Positions 33,053 to 42,850 of a stretch of 64,000 bases of DNA are shown here, in pieces. Positions within the stretch are counted from its first letter, which is position 1. Every line of letters starts with the position of its first letter. A model generated the notes under the pieces. That model saw only the letters and a program-made list of their open reading frames with translations. It made no database searches and was not told the DNA's origin. Location of the stretch: positions 1,472,001-1,536,000 of the forward strand of contig NZ_JAQNDL010000003.1 of the NCBI RefSeq assembly GCF_028368995.1, in the 5' to 3' direction. The position numbers and the translations under genes are program-made. This DNA is from Nannocystis bainbridge. Lineage in GTDB: Bacteria > Myxococcota_A > Polyangia > Nannocystales > Nannocystaceae.

Positions 33053-35524
33053 ATGGCAACCTGGGCTGCGATGGACAGCTCCCCGACGCCGGCTCCGCGG
33101 ACCTATCCCGCGTGGCCCATCCATATCGAGGCCGGCTCCGACTACCTCGGCGAGGTGATCGACGGCCGCTACCGGATCCTCGAGCGCCTCGCCGTGGGCG
33201 GCATGGCCCACGTGTTCCTCGCCAAGGACTTGACCCGTCGCTGCCACGTGGCGCTCAAGCTCCTGCACCGGACCGGCCCGGAGTCGCGGCGGCGCTTCGA
33301 GGACGAGGCCGAGGTCCTCAGCAACATCCGCCACCCGCACATCGTCCGGACGCTCGCGTTCGGCCACACCCTCGACGCCCGGCCGTACATGGCGCTCGAG
33401 CACCTCGAGGGCGAATCACTGTCGCAGCGGCTCGCTCGCGGCCCTCTGCCGTGGCGCGAGGTCGCCGAGTTCGGCGCCCAGATCGCCGGAGCCCTGCACG
33501 CATTGCACCGCGCGGGCGTGGTGCATCGCGACGTCAAGCCCGACAACATCATGATCGCCCACGACGCCGGTCGGCCCGTCGCCAAGGTCATCGATCTCGG
33601 CCTCGCAAGCGTCGGCACTCCGTTCCACGAGGTCCAGGACGCCCGCTTCGCCTCACAGGTGCCCGAGCGCCACAAGACCGAGCTCGGTCGCGCGATCGGT
33701 ACCCCCGCATACCTCCCACCCGAAGCCGGTCTGCGCCCCGCCGAGCCGCGCCTCGACGTCTACTCGCTCGGCGCCACGCTCTATCTGCTGTGCACGGGGA
33801 TCTTGCCCGATCCGTCCGACCTCTCGCCGATCGCCGAGGTCTGTCCCGACAGCGACGCCCCTGACGACCTCTCGCGCTTGCTGCTCGCCGCGCTCGATCG
33901 CGAAGTCACCGAGCGCCTCCCTTCCGCCGATCACCTGCGGCGCGGGCTCGACGCGATCCTCGCCGCGCACCCCCAGACCTCGCGGCCGCTGTTCGGCGGT
34001 TGTTACGATCGCCTCGAGGTCATCGGCATCGGCGCCAGCGCCGTCGTCTACCGCGCCTCCGATCGTGCGCTGTCGCGGGAGGTCGCGCTCAAGGTCCTGC
34101 GCGCCGCCAGCCCGAGCGAGGACGATGCGCTCCGCTTTCGCCGCGCCGCCAAGATCCTGTCCGCGCTGCGCCACCCGAACATCCCGCAGATCCACCATTT
34201 CGGCGTCCATCCCGGCGATCCCGCCCGGGACGAAGGTCAGCGCTTCGCGGTGATGGAGCTGTGCCCCGGCTCGCCCGCGTCGCAATTCACCCGGCCTGAC
34301 CGGCACCTGCGACCCGACGAGGTGATCGCGGTGGGCCACCAGCTCGCGAGCGCCCTCGAAACCGTGCACGCGGCCGGCCTCGTCTACCGCGACCTCCACG
34401 TCGGCAACGTCCTGATCGCGCGCGGCGATCCGCCGCAAGCCTGGATCTTCGACTTCGATCAGGCGCAGGTGTCGCCCGAGTTCTACGCCCGCGTGACGGA
34501 GCGCTGGGCCACGCCCCCCGAAGATCGCATCGAACCAGCCCGCGAAAAGCCCTTGCAGCGCATGGACTACGCGCCGCCCGAGGTGCGCGCCGGGGCAGCC
34601 TTCACCACCGCGAGCGACGTGTTCGCGCTGGGCCTCCTGCTCTACCGCCTGCTCACCGGGCTGCGCCCGTTCCCACCCGCAGCCAGCGAGGCGACACCCG
34701 CCCGCAAGGTCTGCCGCGGCTGCCCCCCCGGCCTCGAGCATCTTCTGAAAAAGATGCTGCACGCGGACCCACGAGAGCGCCCGACGCTCGCGTGGGTGCA
34801 GACCAGCCTCGAGGACGAGCAGGCCGAGCTCGACGCCGAGCGCGAAGCGGAGCGCGAGGAGGCGGCCGCCAGCGCGTCCCCTCCCGCGACCGCGAGCCCG
34901 CCCGAGCCCGCAGCGGAGCCCGCTCCCCCGCGCGTCGCCGCGACGAACGCCCTCGGCCCAGCCCCGGCATCCGTCACCGCCCCACCGCGAAGGCTCGCCC
35001 GCCTCGCGCTCGTCCTGTTCGCAACGCTCGGCCTCGCCGCCGCCGGGTGGTGGTTCCGACCCGCCTCGCCCGCGCGCGAGCAGGTCCCCGCGACGCCAGT
35101 CACTCCCCCCGCCGTTCACGCCCATGACAATGTCCCCACGGACATGTCTCATAGAACACATGATTCCGCGCTCGACCCCCTACCCGTTCCACCGCCCATG
35201 CTCGCCCCGACCGCCGCGCCTATTGTCGAGACCCCGCACGAAACCGCCGCCACGACGCGCCCCACGCGTCCGCGCAAGCAGGACCCCGTGGCCGCCTGGG
35301 AGGCCCGCATGCGTAAAGTGGAGGCCCGCGCGCGCCGCTGCCTCGCCGCAGCCCGCACCGAGCCTCGCCGCGTCGTCGTGACCTGGACGCCCGGCGCGCC
35401 CGCCGAGTTCGGCGGCGTCTCGTCCGGCTCGGTCCACGCGCAATGTCTCCGCGACGCGCTCGCCGGCCTCGACCTCCACGACCTCCGCCGCCGCCACACC
35501 TTCTTCGAAGAGAAGCAGCCTTGA
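33053..35524 (+). CDS. Tandem (two-domain) Ser/Thr protein kinase with one TM helix
   Basis: Domain 1: GGMAHVF, HRDVKPDN, DLG, GTPAYLPPE. Domain 2: GIGASAVVY, YRDLHVGN, DFD, YAPPE. TM LALVLFATLGLAAAGWWF. Confidence 0.88.
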   Translation: MATWAAMDSSPTPAPRTYPAWPIHIEAGSDYLGEVIDGRYRILERLAVGGMAHVFLAKDLTRRCHVALKLLHRTGPESRRRFEDEAEVLSNIRHPHIVRTLAFGHTLDARPYMALEHLEGESLSQRLARGPLPWREVAEFGAQIAGALHALHRAGVVHRDVKPDNIMIAHDAGRPVAKVIDLGLASVGTPFHEVQDARFASQVPERHKTELGRAIGTPAYLPPEAGLRPAEPRLDVYSLGATLYLLCTGILPDPSDLSPIAEVCPDSDAPDDLSRLLLAALDREVTERLPSADHLRRGLDAILAAHPQTSRPLFGGCYDRLEVIGIGASAVVYRASDRALSREVALKVLRAASPSEDDALRFRRAAKILSALRHPNIPQIHHFGVHPGDPARDEGQRFAVMELCPGSPASQFTRPDRHLRPDEVIAVGHQLASALETVHAAGLVYRDLHVGNVLIARGDPPQAWIFDFDQAQVSPEFYARVTERWATPPEDRIEPAREKPLQRMDYAPPEVRAGAAFTTASDVFALGLLLYRLLTGLRPFPPAASEATPARKVCRGCPPGLEHLLKKMLHADPRERPTLAWVQTSLEDEQAELDAEREAEREEAAASASPPATASPPEPAAEPAPPRVAATNALGPAPASVTAPPRRLARLALVLFATLGLAAAGWWFRPASPAREQVPATPVTPPAVHAHDNVPTDMSHRTHDSALDPLPVPPPMLAPTAAPIVETPHETAATTRPTRPRKQDPVAAWEARMRKVEARARRCLAAARTEPRRVVVTWTPGAPAEFGGVSSGSVHAQCLRDALAGLDLHDLRRRHTFFEEKQP

Positions 35525-35537
35525 CCGAGAGACCGCC

Positions 35538-36353
35538 ATGCTGATGCGCATCACCCTCGCCCTCACGATGCTCGCACCTCCCGCGCAGAAGGACGCCGAC
35601 GCGGCCTACAACGCGGGTGATTATTCGCGGGCGCTCGAGCTGTACCTCGAGCGCGCCGAAGCTCCCGACGTGCACCGCCCCGAAGCCCTCCACGGCGCGC
35701 ACGACAGCCTGCTCGCCCTGCACGACGACACCACCGACGCCGCCTATCTCTGCCGCGCGCTCGCGCTGGCCCGCGAGCTGCTCCTCAGCGGTCCCTTCAC
35801 CGACGCAGACGAGCGCGCGGCATGGCTCGAGATCGAAGCCCGGGACATCGCAAAGGGCGAGCGCGCTGGCATCACCTGCGCGGCCGCCCCCCCGAAGGAC
35901 CCACTCGCATCGCCACCCGCAAAGGTCGATGCGCCCGCGGAGCCCGCCGAGAACACTCCACGCGCCGAAGGACCCGAGCCGCTGCCCGAAGGCGGCAAGG
36001 CGCCAGTTCGCCCGCGAGGCCGCGTCATCGCCGGTGCGAGCATCCTCGCGGCCGCGGCCGGACTGGCCGGAGGGATGGCCGCCAGCCTCGTCGGGCGACG
36101 ACAGGCCAATGCGACGATCCTCGCCATCGACGCCCAGGCCACCGCGGAGCAGCGCGACCTCTCCGCTCCCGAGTTCGCGGAGGCGAACGCCGCCGATCGC
36201 AAATATCAGGGCCTCACGATCACCGCCGGGCTCCTCGGAGCTGCCATGGTTGTAAGCGTCGTTACAGGTTTGGCACTGCTCATCGCGCCGCCGTCCCGTC
36301 GCCCTCACGCACGGCTGCGCGTGCAGCCAGGTACACTCCTCCTCTCGTTCTAG
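35538..36353 (+). CDS. Secreted/membrane TPR-like protein with C-terminal TM segments
   Basis: Signal-like N-terminus, AAYNAGDYSRALELY TPR-like helix, two hydrophobic segments; 13 bp after the kinase. Confidence 0.65.
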   Translation: MLMRITLALTMLAPPAQKDADAAYNAGDYSRALELYLERAEAPDVHRPEALHGAHDSLLALHDDTTDAAYLCRALALARELLLSGPFTDADERAAWLEIEARDIAKGERAGITCAAAPPKDPLASPPAKVDAPAEPAENTPRAEGPEPLPEGGKAPVRPRGRVIAGASILAAAAGLAGGMAASLVGRRQANATILAIDAQATAEQRDLSAPEFAEANAADRKYQGLTITAGLLGAAMVVSVVTGLALLIAPPSRRPHARLRVQPGTLLLSF

Positions 36354-36372
36354 GCCCTTGCGAAGATTCGTC

Positions 36373-38046
36373 ATGCTGAATCGCCACGCCCTCGAGATCT
36401 CGAGCGCCTTGCTGGTGCTCGCCGCGTGCTCCCTCCACGCCCCGGCCTGGTACGGCCTCACCGACGAAGCCCCGCTCGGCCCGGACCCCACGAGCAGCTC
36501 GACGAGCGCCACTACCACTGACGCGCCACCCGACCCCGACCTCGGCGAGACCGCCTTAGGCAGCACCACCGAGGACGGGAGCGCGAGCGATGGCTCGAGC
36601 TCAGGAGAAGCCGGCGACGACGACGACGGCAAGGCGATCCCCATCGAGGTCAAGCTCTCCCTGTCTCCGTCACCGATGGTCGACGTCGGCGAGGTGCAGG
36701 TGACGGTCTGGACATCACGGCCGGTCGCGTCGATCGACATCTTCGACGGCGACGTGCCGCTGGTGCTCGGCGCTGCGCCGGTGAACCCCGTCCACGTGTT
36801 CGAGGTGACCTCGGACGATGTCCCCGGCGACGGCTCGCACACGCTCCGCGCCGTCGCCCACGCAGCCGACGGTGTCCGCGGCCAGGGCCAGGCGGAGCTG
36901 ACGATCGACGTCCAGCCCGGCGGCACCGACGTCTGGCCGCCCTACGTCAAGGCCGGACCGGTCAACGGCTTCACCAGCGCGGCGATGCTCGGCAACGGGA
37001 TCGCCACCGCGGGCTTCTTCGAGACGAACAAGGGCCTCGAGGCGGTCGCGGTGCGCATCGACGGCACGAAGGGCCAGCCCGAAGGCGATCCCGTATTGCT
37101 CGGCGCGGTCGCCGTGACGGGCGGCGGCCGCGGACCGGCGATCGCAGTCGGCGAGGACGACACCGCGTTCGTGGCCTGGACCATGCCGGAGAACGGTTCG
37201 ACGCGGTGGGCCATGTCCCGCGTGAAGTTCGGCGAGCCGAAAGAACCGACGACGATCGGGCCGCTCGGGACGAAGGTCCACGCGATCGCCGTCGCCGACG
37301 ACGAGACGCTGATCCTCGTCGGCGCCGACGAGGTCCATCCCGGCACGCACGACCTCAAAATCTGGTGGGTCTCTTCGACGGGCGGCGGCCAGGTCCTGGA
37401 TGAGCAAACATTCGCGGCGCCAAAGGAAGACGACTTCGCAAACGCGTGGGACGAGGTCGGCCGCGGCGTGGCGATCGTCGACAACGAGGTGATCGTGGTC
37501 GGTGAACGCCAGCTCATGGACCAGAACAATTTCCTCGCCCGGCGGACCGTCGTACTGCACTACGCCCTGGATGCTGAAGCTCTCACTGAATGGACCTCAC
37601 CGGGCGAACTCCTGGATGAAGACGCAGGAATGGCGATCTCGCCTCTGCGTGCGGGCGGGTTCGTCGTGACTGGATGGGGCCGCGAAAAAGGATCGGTCCG
37701 TCAGGTGCTGACGCGCTGGTTCTCGGCTGACGGCGAACCGAGTGCCCTGAGGATCGAGCCCACTCCTTCGAGCGATGCGCTTGGGTTCGCGGTGGGTGAA
37801 GACCGCGAAGGCAAAATCATCATCGCCGGAGCGCGCGAACAATCGCAGACCGATGCGAACGCCTGGATCTTCGCCGTCTCCGGATCGATCGGCCCGCATG
37901 CCTGGGGGGTGCTCCGCAACGGACCCGGCCAGGGTCCAGACGAGGCTGCAGGGTTGGCTATCGATGCGTGGGGCTACAGCTACATCGTCGGCAGCGAGTT
38001 CGACGGCTTGCAGCCACGAGCGTTCGCGCTGCGCCTCTACCCGTAG
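36373..38046 (+). CDS. Putative lipoprotein with Ig-like and beta-propeller-like repeats
   Basis: LVLAAC lipobox, S/T linker, DGSHTLRAVA, repeated AIAV/GLAID...IVG blades. Confidence 0.7.
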   Translation: MLNRHALEISSALLVLAACSLHAPAWYGLTDEAPLGPDPTSSSTSATTTDAPPDPDLGETALGSTTEDGSASDGSSSGEAGDDDDGKAIPIEVKLSLSPSPMVDVGEVQVTVWTSRPVASIDIFDGDVPLVLGAAPVNPVHVFEVTSDDVPGDGSHTLRAVAHAADGVRGQGQAELTIDVQPGGTDVWPPYVKAGPVNGFTSAAMLGNGIATAGFFETNKGLEAVAVRIDGTKGQPEGDPVLLGAVAVTGGGRGPAIAVGEDDTAFVAWTMPENGSTRWAMSRVKFGEPKEPTTIGPLGTKVHAIAVADDETLILVGADEVHPGTHDLKIWWVSSTGGGQVLDEQTFAAPKEDDFANAWDEVGRGVAIVDNEVIVVGERQLMDQNNFLARRTVVLHYALDAEALTEWTSPGELLDEDAGMAISPLRAGGFVVTGWGREKGSVRQVLTRWFSADGEPSALRIEPTPSSDALGFAVGEDREGKIIIAGAREQSQTDANAWIFAVSGSIGPHAWGVLRNGPGQGPDEAAGLAIDAWGYSYIVGSEFDGLQPRAFALRLYP

Positions 38047-38049
38047 CGA

Positions 38050-39144
38050 TCACTGCGGAACGAACACCTCGCACTGCGACTTGATCATCTTGGCGACCGC
38101 CTCGAAGTAGTCCGTGTAAGATCCCGCGCAGATCGAGCCGAACCGGGCGTTCGGCTGCATGAGCTCTGTCCAGGTGCGGAGCTTGTGTTCGACGCCGGGG
38201 GGATCGTAGCCGCAGAGGCCCGCAGGATCATCGACGTCGGTCGAGATCACCAGCAACACCACCGCATCCGCCTCGCCGCCCTTCGCGTCGATCAGCGCGT
38301 CCCTCCAGTCCTTTGCCGTACCATCGCTGAATTGATCCCCGGTATCCTGGATGGCGACGACGACGAGGAGCGCGTCCGGTCGCAGAAACCCCTCGTTGCA
38401 GCCGCCCGGCGCGTTGATGGCGTCGGCGACCGCCTTCACGGTCGCCTCCGCGACCTGGTCCGCACCATTCGTCCCGAGCGACGCGACGCAAGTGAACGCA
38501 TGCTCGAGATCCGATGACTGACCGGTGTCGATGTAGCGACGGCCGCTGGTGAGGTCGCAGCGCTGGTTCGTCGCGTTGTCGCCGCGTGGGAACGTGACGC
38601 CAGCGCCCTGGACGGAGTCGCATGGCTCCAGCGTCGCGGTACATGGATACTCGGGCGTCTGGGCGCAGACATCCCCGCAGCCCTCGCACCACGGCAAAAC
38701 CCACGAGCCGAAGGTGTTGGTAGACAGGATGTGATAGTCGAAGTCCGCGAACTCGTTCTCGAGCGTGGCGACGAACCCTGGAAAGCTCGCCTTCAGCTTG
38801 GCTTGCTGGCCCTCCATGGTCTTCGCCGAGCTGATCGTGAACAGGAGATCGACCTTGCCCTTGCACCCCGGCGGCGGACCATCCCCACCGTCCGGGACCA
38901 TGCCGACATCGCGGATCCCGCCCGAAGAGGTGGAGCTGGAGGACGTGCTCGAAGCCGTCGAAACGCCTGCGGTCGAGTCTTCGCCCGAAGCGCTGGAGGT
39001 CGTCGTCGAACCCGCAGTCTCGCCGCTGGTGCTCGCAGTGCTCTCCGGAGGCGCAGTGGTGATGCTCGTACTGAACACTGTCATGCCACTGCCGCCCCCG
39101 TTACAGGCGGCGAACATGAACGAAGCGAGCGCGAGACGACGCAC
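38050..39144 (-). CDS. Putative lipoprotein with vWA-like domain (myxobacterial family)
   Basis: MFAAC lipobox, S/T linker, CKGKVDLLFTISS...FPGF, GFLRPDALLVVVAIQD; start approximate. Confidence 0.75.
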   Translation of the reverse strand: MRRLALASFMFAACNGGGSGMTVFSTSITTAPPESTASTSGETAGSTTTSSASGEDSTAGVSTASSTSSSSTSSGGIRDVGMVPDGGDGPPPGCKGKVDLLFTISSAKTMEGQQAKLKASFPGFVATLENEFADFDYHILSTNTFGSWVLPWCEGCGDVCAQTPEYPCTATLEPCDSVQGAGVTFPRGDNATNQRCDLTSGRRYIDTGQSSDLEHAFTCVASLGTNGADQVAEATVKAVADAINAPGGCNEGFLRPDALLVVVAIQDTGDQFSDGTAKDWRDALIDAKGGEADAVVLLVISTDVDDPAGLCGYDPPGVEHKLRTWTELMQPNARFGSICAGSYTDYFEAVAKMIKSQCEVFVPQ

Positions 39145-39200
39145 ACCCGAAGCGTAGCGCTGGCCGCCAAAAACTTCACGCTGGCAACGCCGCTCCGGCT

Positions 39201-39236
39201 GGAGTTCGCGCCAACTTGGTCGGAGTTCGCGCCAAC
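39201..39236. repeat. 15-bp direct repeat, 21-bp period, upstream of the vWA lipoprotein gene
   Basis: ggagttcgcgccaac at 39201 and 39222. Confidence 0.7.
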
Positions 39237-39455
39237 CACACGGGAAGGCAAGAAAAAAGAATCTATGCCGCGTCAGCGGCGACACGGAGATTATCATCGC
39301 GGGCAAGTCCTCAAGAACTCTACGCAACCCATCGCGCTAGGTTAGCCTGACAGCGCCTTCGGACTGCATGAGCGCTGAGCTGACATACATGGCCAGCGGC
39401 GCTCATCGAGTACCTGAATTTTTGATGAGCGATACCGTCCCCGGCTGGCATTTAG

Positions 39456-40904
39456 CTATCGCTCAGGCAGGTGCGACGGGTACCTCATGCTGGATGTCGC
39501 GGCTTCAGCGAGCCATTTCTTCCAACGACCGATGAACCACTCCTCACCTTCACCATCGATGGGCCGCGGCGGGCGTGGCGTTACATCCATTGAATGCATC
39601 GATTTTGACAGCGCCAGGTCTGCATCACGCAACTGGCTGTTATGGACAAGCGCAAAGGGCTGACTATGAACAGGCCCGTGGCCAAGCCTCCAATGCCCCG
39701 CCTCGAACCATCGATAAGAGCCGGATCTACTCGGATCTGCGTACCATAGATTCGCCGAACGCTCGCGATAACTTTTATTGCTCGATTGAGTCACCTTTAC
39801 GACCCACCCTGCAACCACATCCCAGGCTGAACTCTCGAACTTCCCAGCAGGGATGAGTTGGAACCGACTTTCGATCGACAACACCCCTTCCCCCAGCGCG
39901 ATACTTGCGTCATCCTCACGATGAGCCATTGGGCTCGCACCGATGATTTCGCTAAAGATGCGCTCCCGGAGTTCCTCGAGGATAGAGTCGCCGGCATGAG
40001 CCAATTCTACTCGTGCTTCTTCTGCAGCACGTTGGCGAGCGGCGTGCGCGTCGCTTGCTAAGGCTCGTTCCGCCACGATCGCCCCCGCAGCAATGATGGG
40101 GTCGTGCAGAAGGACCTTCGCTTGAGCACGCTCCAACTGCTCGATCAAGCTGGACAAGGATGGCCTCGCACCGGTCGGCTTCCGAAGACATGCGGCGAGC
40201 ATCTGACGGAGCGCAGGGCTAGCAGACACGCTCGGGGGCGTTTGCTGGAGATGGCAGCGCTGAAGATCATCTTGCCCCGCGAATGGAGGCAGACCCGTCA
40301 ACAACGCAATCCCGATGCATCCCAACGCATATATATCGGTTGCCTTGGTGGGAGCTTCGAGGCGCCATTGCTCCGGTGCTGCGTAATGCCCAGATAAAAA
40401 ATCCCGAAGGGTTCGGAGCGACGTGCTGTCTTCAACGAATTTTGCAATACCGAAATCTGCAACCACCCATTTGCCTTCATATCGAAGGACGTTATCGGGC
40501 TTCAAGTCTCGGTGTACGATGTCGTGGACCTCGCTCAATCCACGCGCGATATCCATGAGCACCGCAACTGCCTCGCTCTCTGGCAAAGCTCCCCCATTAA
40601 GGCGGCCTTGCAATGAGCCCTCCGCACGAGGCATCACGAGGAAATATCCGCCGCCGTCAGCGTCGGATCCCCAATCCAGTATCGGCATGACGTTTCGAAG
40701 GGTACGCGTCGCCAGAACGGCGGCCATCTCCATCTCCCGATGCCCAGCGGCCTCGTTGTTGATATGGAGTTTCTTCACCGCCACCGCACCACCAGCGGCA
40801 TCATGTCCTGCATAGACTGCCCCGAAGCCCCCCCGCCTCCCCAGCGGTGCGTTCGGATCAAACCGCCACTCCGACCGCTGTAACCGAATGACTTGCTCTT
40901 CCAC
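39456..40904 (-). CDS. Soluble Ser/Thr protein kinase with atypical (lower) GC
   Basis: GRRGGFGAVY, VAVK, HRDLKPDN, DFGIAK, YAAPEQW; many A/T-ending codons. Confidence 0.88.
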   Translation of the reverse strand: MEEQVIRLQRSEWRFDPNAPLGRRGGFGAVYAGHDAAGGAVAVKKLHINNEAAGHREMEMAAVLATRTLRNVMPILDWGSDADGGGYFLVMPRAEGSLQGRLNGGALPESEAVAVLMDIARGLSEVHDIVHRDLKPDNVLRYEGKWVVADFGIAKFVEDSTSLRTLRDFLSGHYAAPEQWRLEAPTKATDIYALGCIGIALLTGLPPFAGQDDLQRCHLQQTPPSVSASPALRQMLAACLRKPTGARPSLSSLIEQLERAQAKVLLHDPIIAAGAIVAERALASDAHAARQRAAEEARVELAHAGDSILEELRERIFSEIIGASPMAHREDDASIALGEGVLSIESRFQLIPAGKFESSAWDVVAGWVVKVTQSSNKSYRERSANLWYADPSRSGSYRWFEAGHWRLGHGPVHSQPFALVHNSQLRDADLALSKSMHSMDVTPRPPRPIDGEGEEWFIGRWKKWLAEAATSSMRYPSHLPER

Positions 40905-41031
40905 AGTGACCTCGCCTTGCCGTAACGCCGTTCAACTCTGCAGTTCCCACGAGGGGAGCCAGAGGCTGCCGTTGATCATGCCCAATCCGGGTTTGAAAAG
41001 CAATACCGCCAGCAGCATGTTTACCCACCTC

Positions 41032-42564
41032 TCACCGCACGAAGATCTGCCCTGGCTTCCCGTTGAGGTCGCCGCCCACGCACGAATCGTAGCACGTGCG
41101 CCACCCGCTCGCCGTCAGCCCGAACCCGTTACCGTCGACATCGCGCATGTGGAACGAATCCACGTTGCTCGTGTAACCCAGCCACGCCAGCATCGACGCG
41201 CCGTTCGGGCACGCCCCCTGGATCGCCGTCGGCTCGCCGACATAGTAGTGCGTGTTTTGATGCAGCTCGACGAAGTTCGCCACCACCGTATGGCGATAGA
41301 TCGTGCCTGCGAACGCCTTGCTGCCGGCGTGGTCGCCGAGCAGCACCTGCGTGAACTGGACCGCCTTGCCTGCCACGTCGAGCGCGTACGCGTTGCCGTC
41401 GTCGGCCAGCGAGCCCTGGGCGGCGCGCCAGCCGAAGCTGCCGCCGTTGTCGGTGTCGGCGCAGCCGGGGGCTGACGGCGTGTTGCGGGAGCGGCCGACC
41501 AGCGTCCAGCCGCCGCCGTCGATCGTCATCTCGCAGTACACGTCGAACGGCGCGCGCGGCCCGTCGCCGTCGACATCGATCTGGTACACCCCGTTCGGCG
41601 TGCTCGGCAGCCCGCTCTTCAGCTGCTTGCAATTCGTCGGCAGGTTGCACGAGCCGTTGACGCACGCTCCGGTCACGCAGTCCGTGTCGGCCGCGCAGTT
41701 CTTGCCCTTGTTGCAGGCCTTGCAGCTGCCGCCGCAGTCGATGTCGGTCTCCGGGCCGCTCTGGATCGCGTCGCTGCAGCTCGACACCTTGCATTCGATC
41801 GTGCACGCGTCGAGGTTGCTGAGGTTGGCGTCGTCGCACTCCTCGACGCCCGCCTGCACCTTCCCGTCGCCGCACTCCGCGTTCAAGCACGTGCTGAGGC
41901 ACGCGTCGGTGTCGTCCTGATTGCCGTCGTCGCACTCCTCGTTCGGCTGCAGCGCCCCGTCGCCGCACGTGGCGCTCTTGCACGTCGCCGTGCACGCGTC
42001 GGCGTCGTCGTCGTTGCCGTCGTCGCACGCCTCGCCCGGCCCCACGATCCCGTCGCCGCACACCGCCAGCGCGCACGCGTTGGTGCAGTCGTCGGTGTCC
42101 GTCTCGTTGCCGTCGTCGCACGCCTCGCCCGGCCCCACGATCCCGTCGCCGCAGCCGGCCGCCTCGCACGTGCTCGTGCAGTCGTCGCCGTCGTCGGGGT
42201 TGCCGTCGTCGCACGCCTCGACCCCGTCCAGCACCAGCCCGTCGCCGCACACCGCCAGCTTGCAGCCGGCCGTGCATTCGCCGGTGTCGTCGTTGTCGCC
42301 GCCGAGGTCGCACTCCTCCTCGCCCTCGATCTTGCCGTCCCCGCACACCGGCACCGGCGGCTCCATCCCGCCGCTGCCCATGTCGTCGCCCGGACCGCCG
42401 CTGGTCGGTGCGCTCGTCGACACGTCGGTCGCCGAGCCCATCGTCGACGGCGCCGTCATCGTCGCCGGCATGGTGGCAAATCCCGTCGATGGATCCTCGC
42501 CGGTGGCGCAGGCGACGAGGAAGGACGCGGCGACGACGAGGCACGGGGCGGCGATTCGGCTCAC
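41032..42564 (-). CDS. DUF4215/myxococcal Cys-rich repeat lipoprotein with fibrinogen-like C-terminal domain
   Basis: Repeated CGDGxxxxxExCDDGN; ETDIDCGG; NGVYQID...VYCEMTIDGGGWTLV; start approximate. Confidence 0.85.
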   Translation of the reverse strand: MSRIAAPCLVVAASFLVACATGEDPSTGFATMPATMTAPSTMGSATDVSTSAPTSGGPGDDMGSGGMEPPVPVCGDGKIEGEEECDLGGDNDDTGECTAGCKLAVCGDGLVLDGVEACDDGNPDDGDDCTSTCEAAGCGDGIVGPGEACDDGNETDTDDCTNACALAVCGDGIVGPGEACDDGNDDDADACTATCKSATCGDGALQPNEECDDGNQDDTDACLSTCLNAECGDGKVQAGVEECDDANLSNLDACTIECKVSSCSDAIQSGPETDIDCGGSCKACNKGKNCAADTDCVTGACVNGSCNLPTNCKQLKSGLPSTPNGVYQIDVDGDGPRAPFDVYCEMTIDGGGWTLVGRSRNTPSAPGCADTDNGGSFGWRAAQGSLADDGNAYALDVAGKAVQFTQVLLGDHAGSKAFAGTIYRHTVVANFVELHQNTHYYVGEPTAIQGACPNGASMLAWLGYTSNVDSFHMRDVDGNGFGLTASGWRTCYDSCVGGDLNGKPGQIFVR

Positions 42565-42850
42565 GGCGAGCCACGCTAGCAGACGCGGTCGCACCTCCTC
42601 AAGCCGCGCGAATTCGCCGCTGCGCACCCGACGATACGCCTGCAAGCGCCGGAGGCCCGGGCACGCCCCCGCAGTCCCGCGGCGTCGCCGACGCCACCCG
42701 CATCACCGCCGCGCCACGCACCGGCAGCGCCAGCAAAATCACATGTCCGAAGAGACATCCGCTCGACATCGCCGCCGGCACCGGGCCGTGACATCGAAGT
42801 CGTGGAGACACGCACTGGCAGCGCCCGCGGCTGTCGTGCATCCTGCGAGC

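Noticed and set aside
39340-41031. Integron cassette (attC) around the low-GC kinase
   Set aside because: A GTTRRRY-like heptamer exists upstream, but there is no matching RYYYAAC/attC structure after the stop and no integrase.
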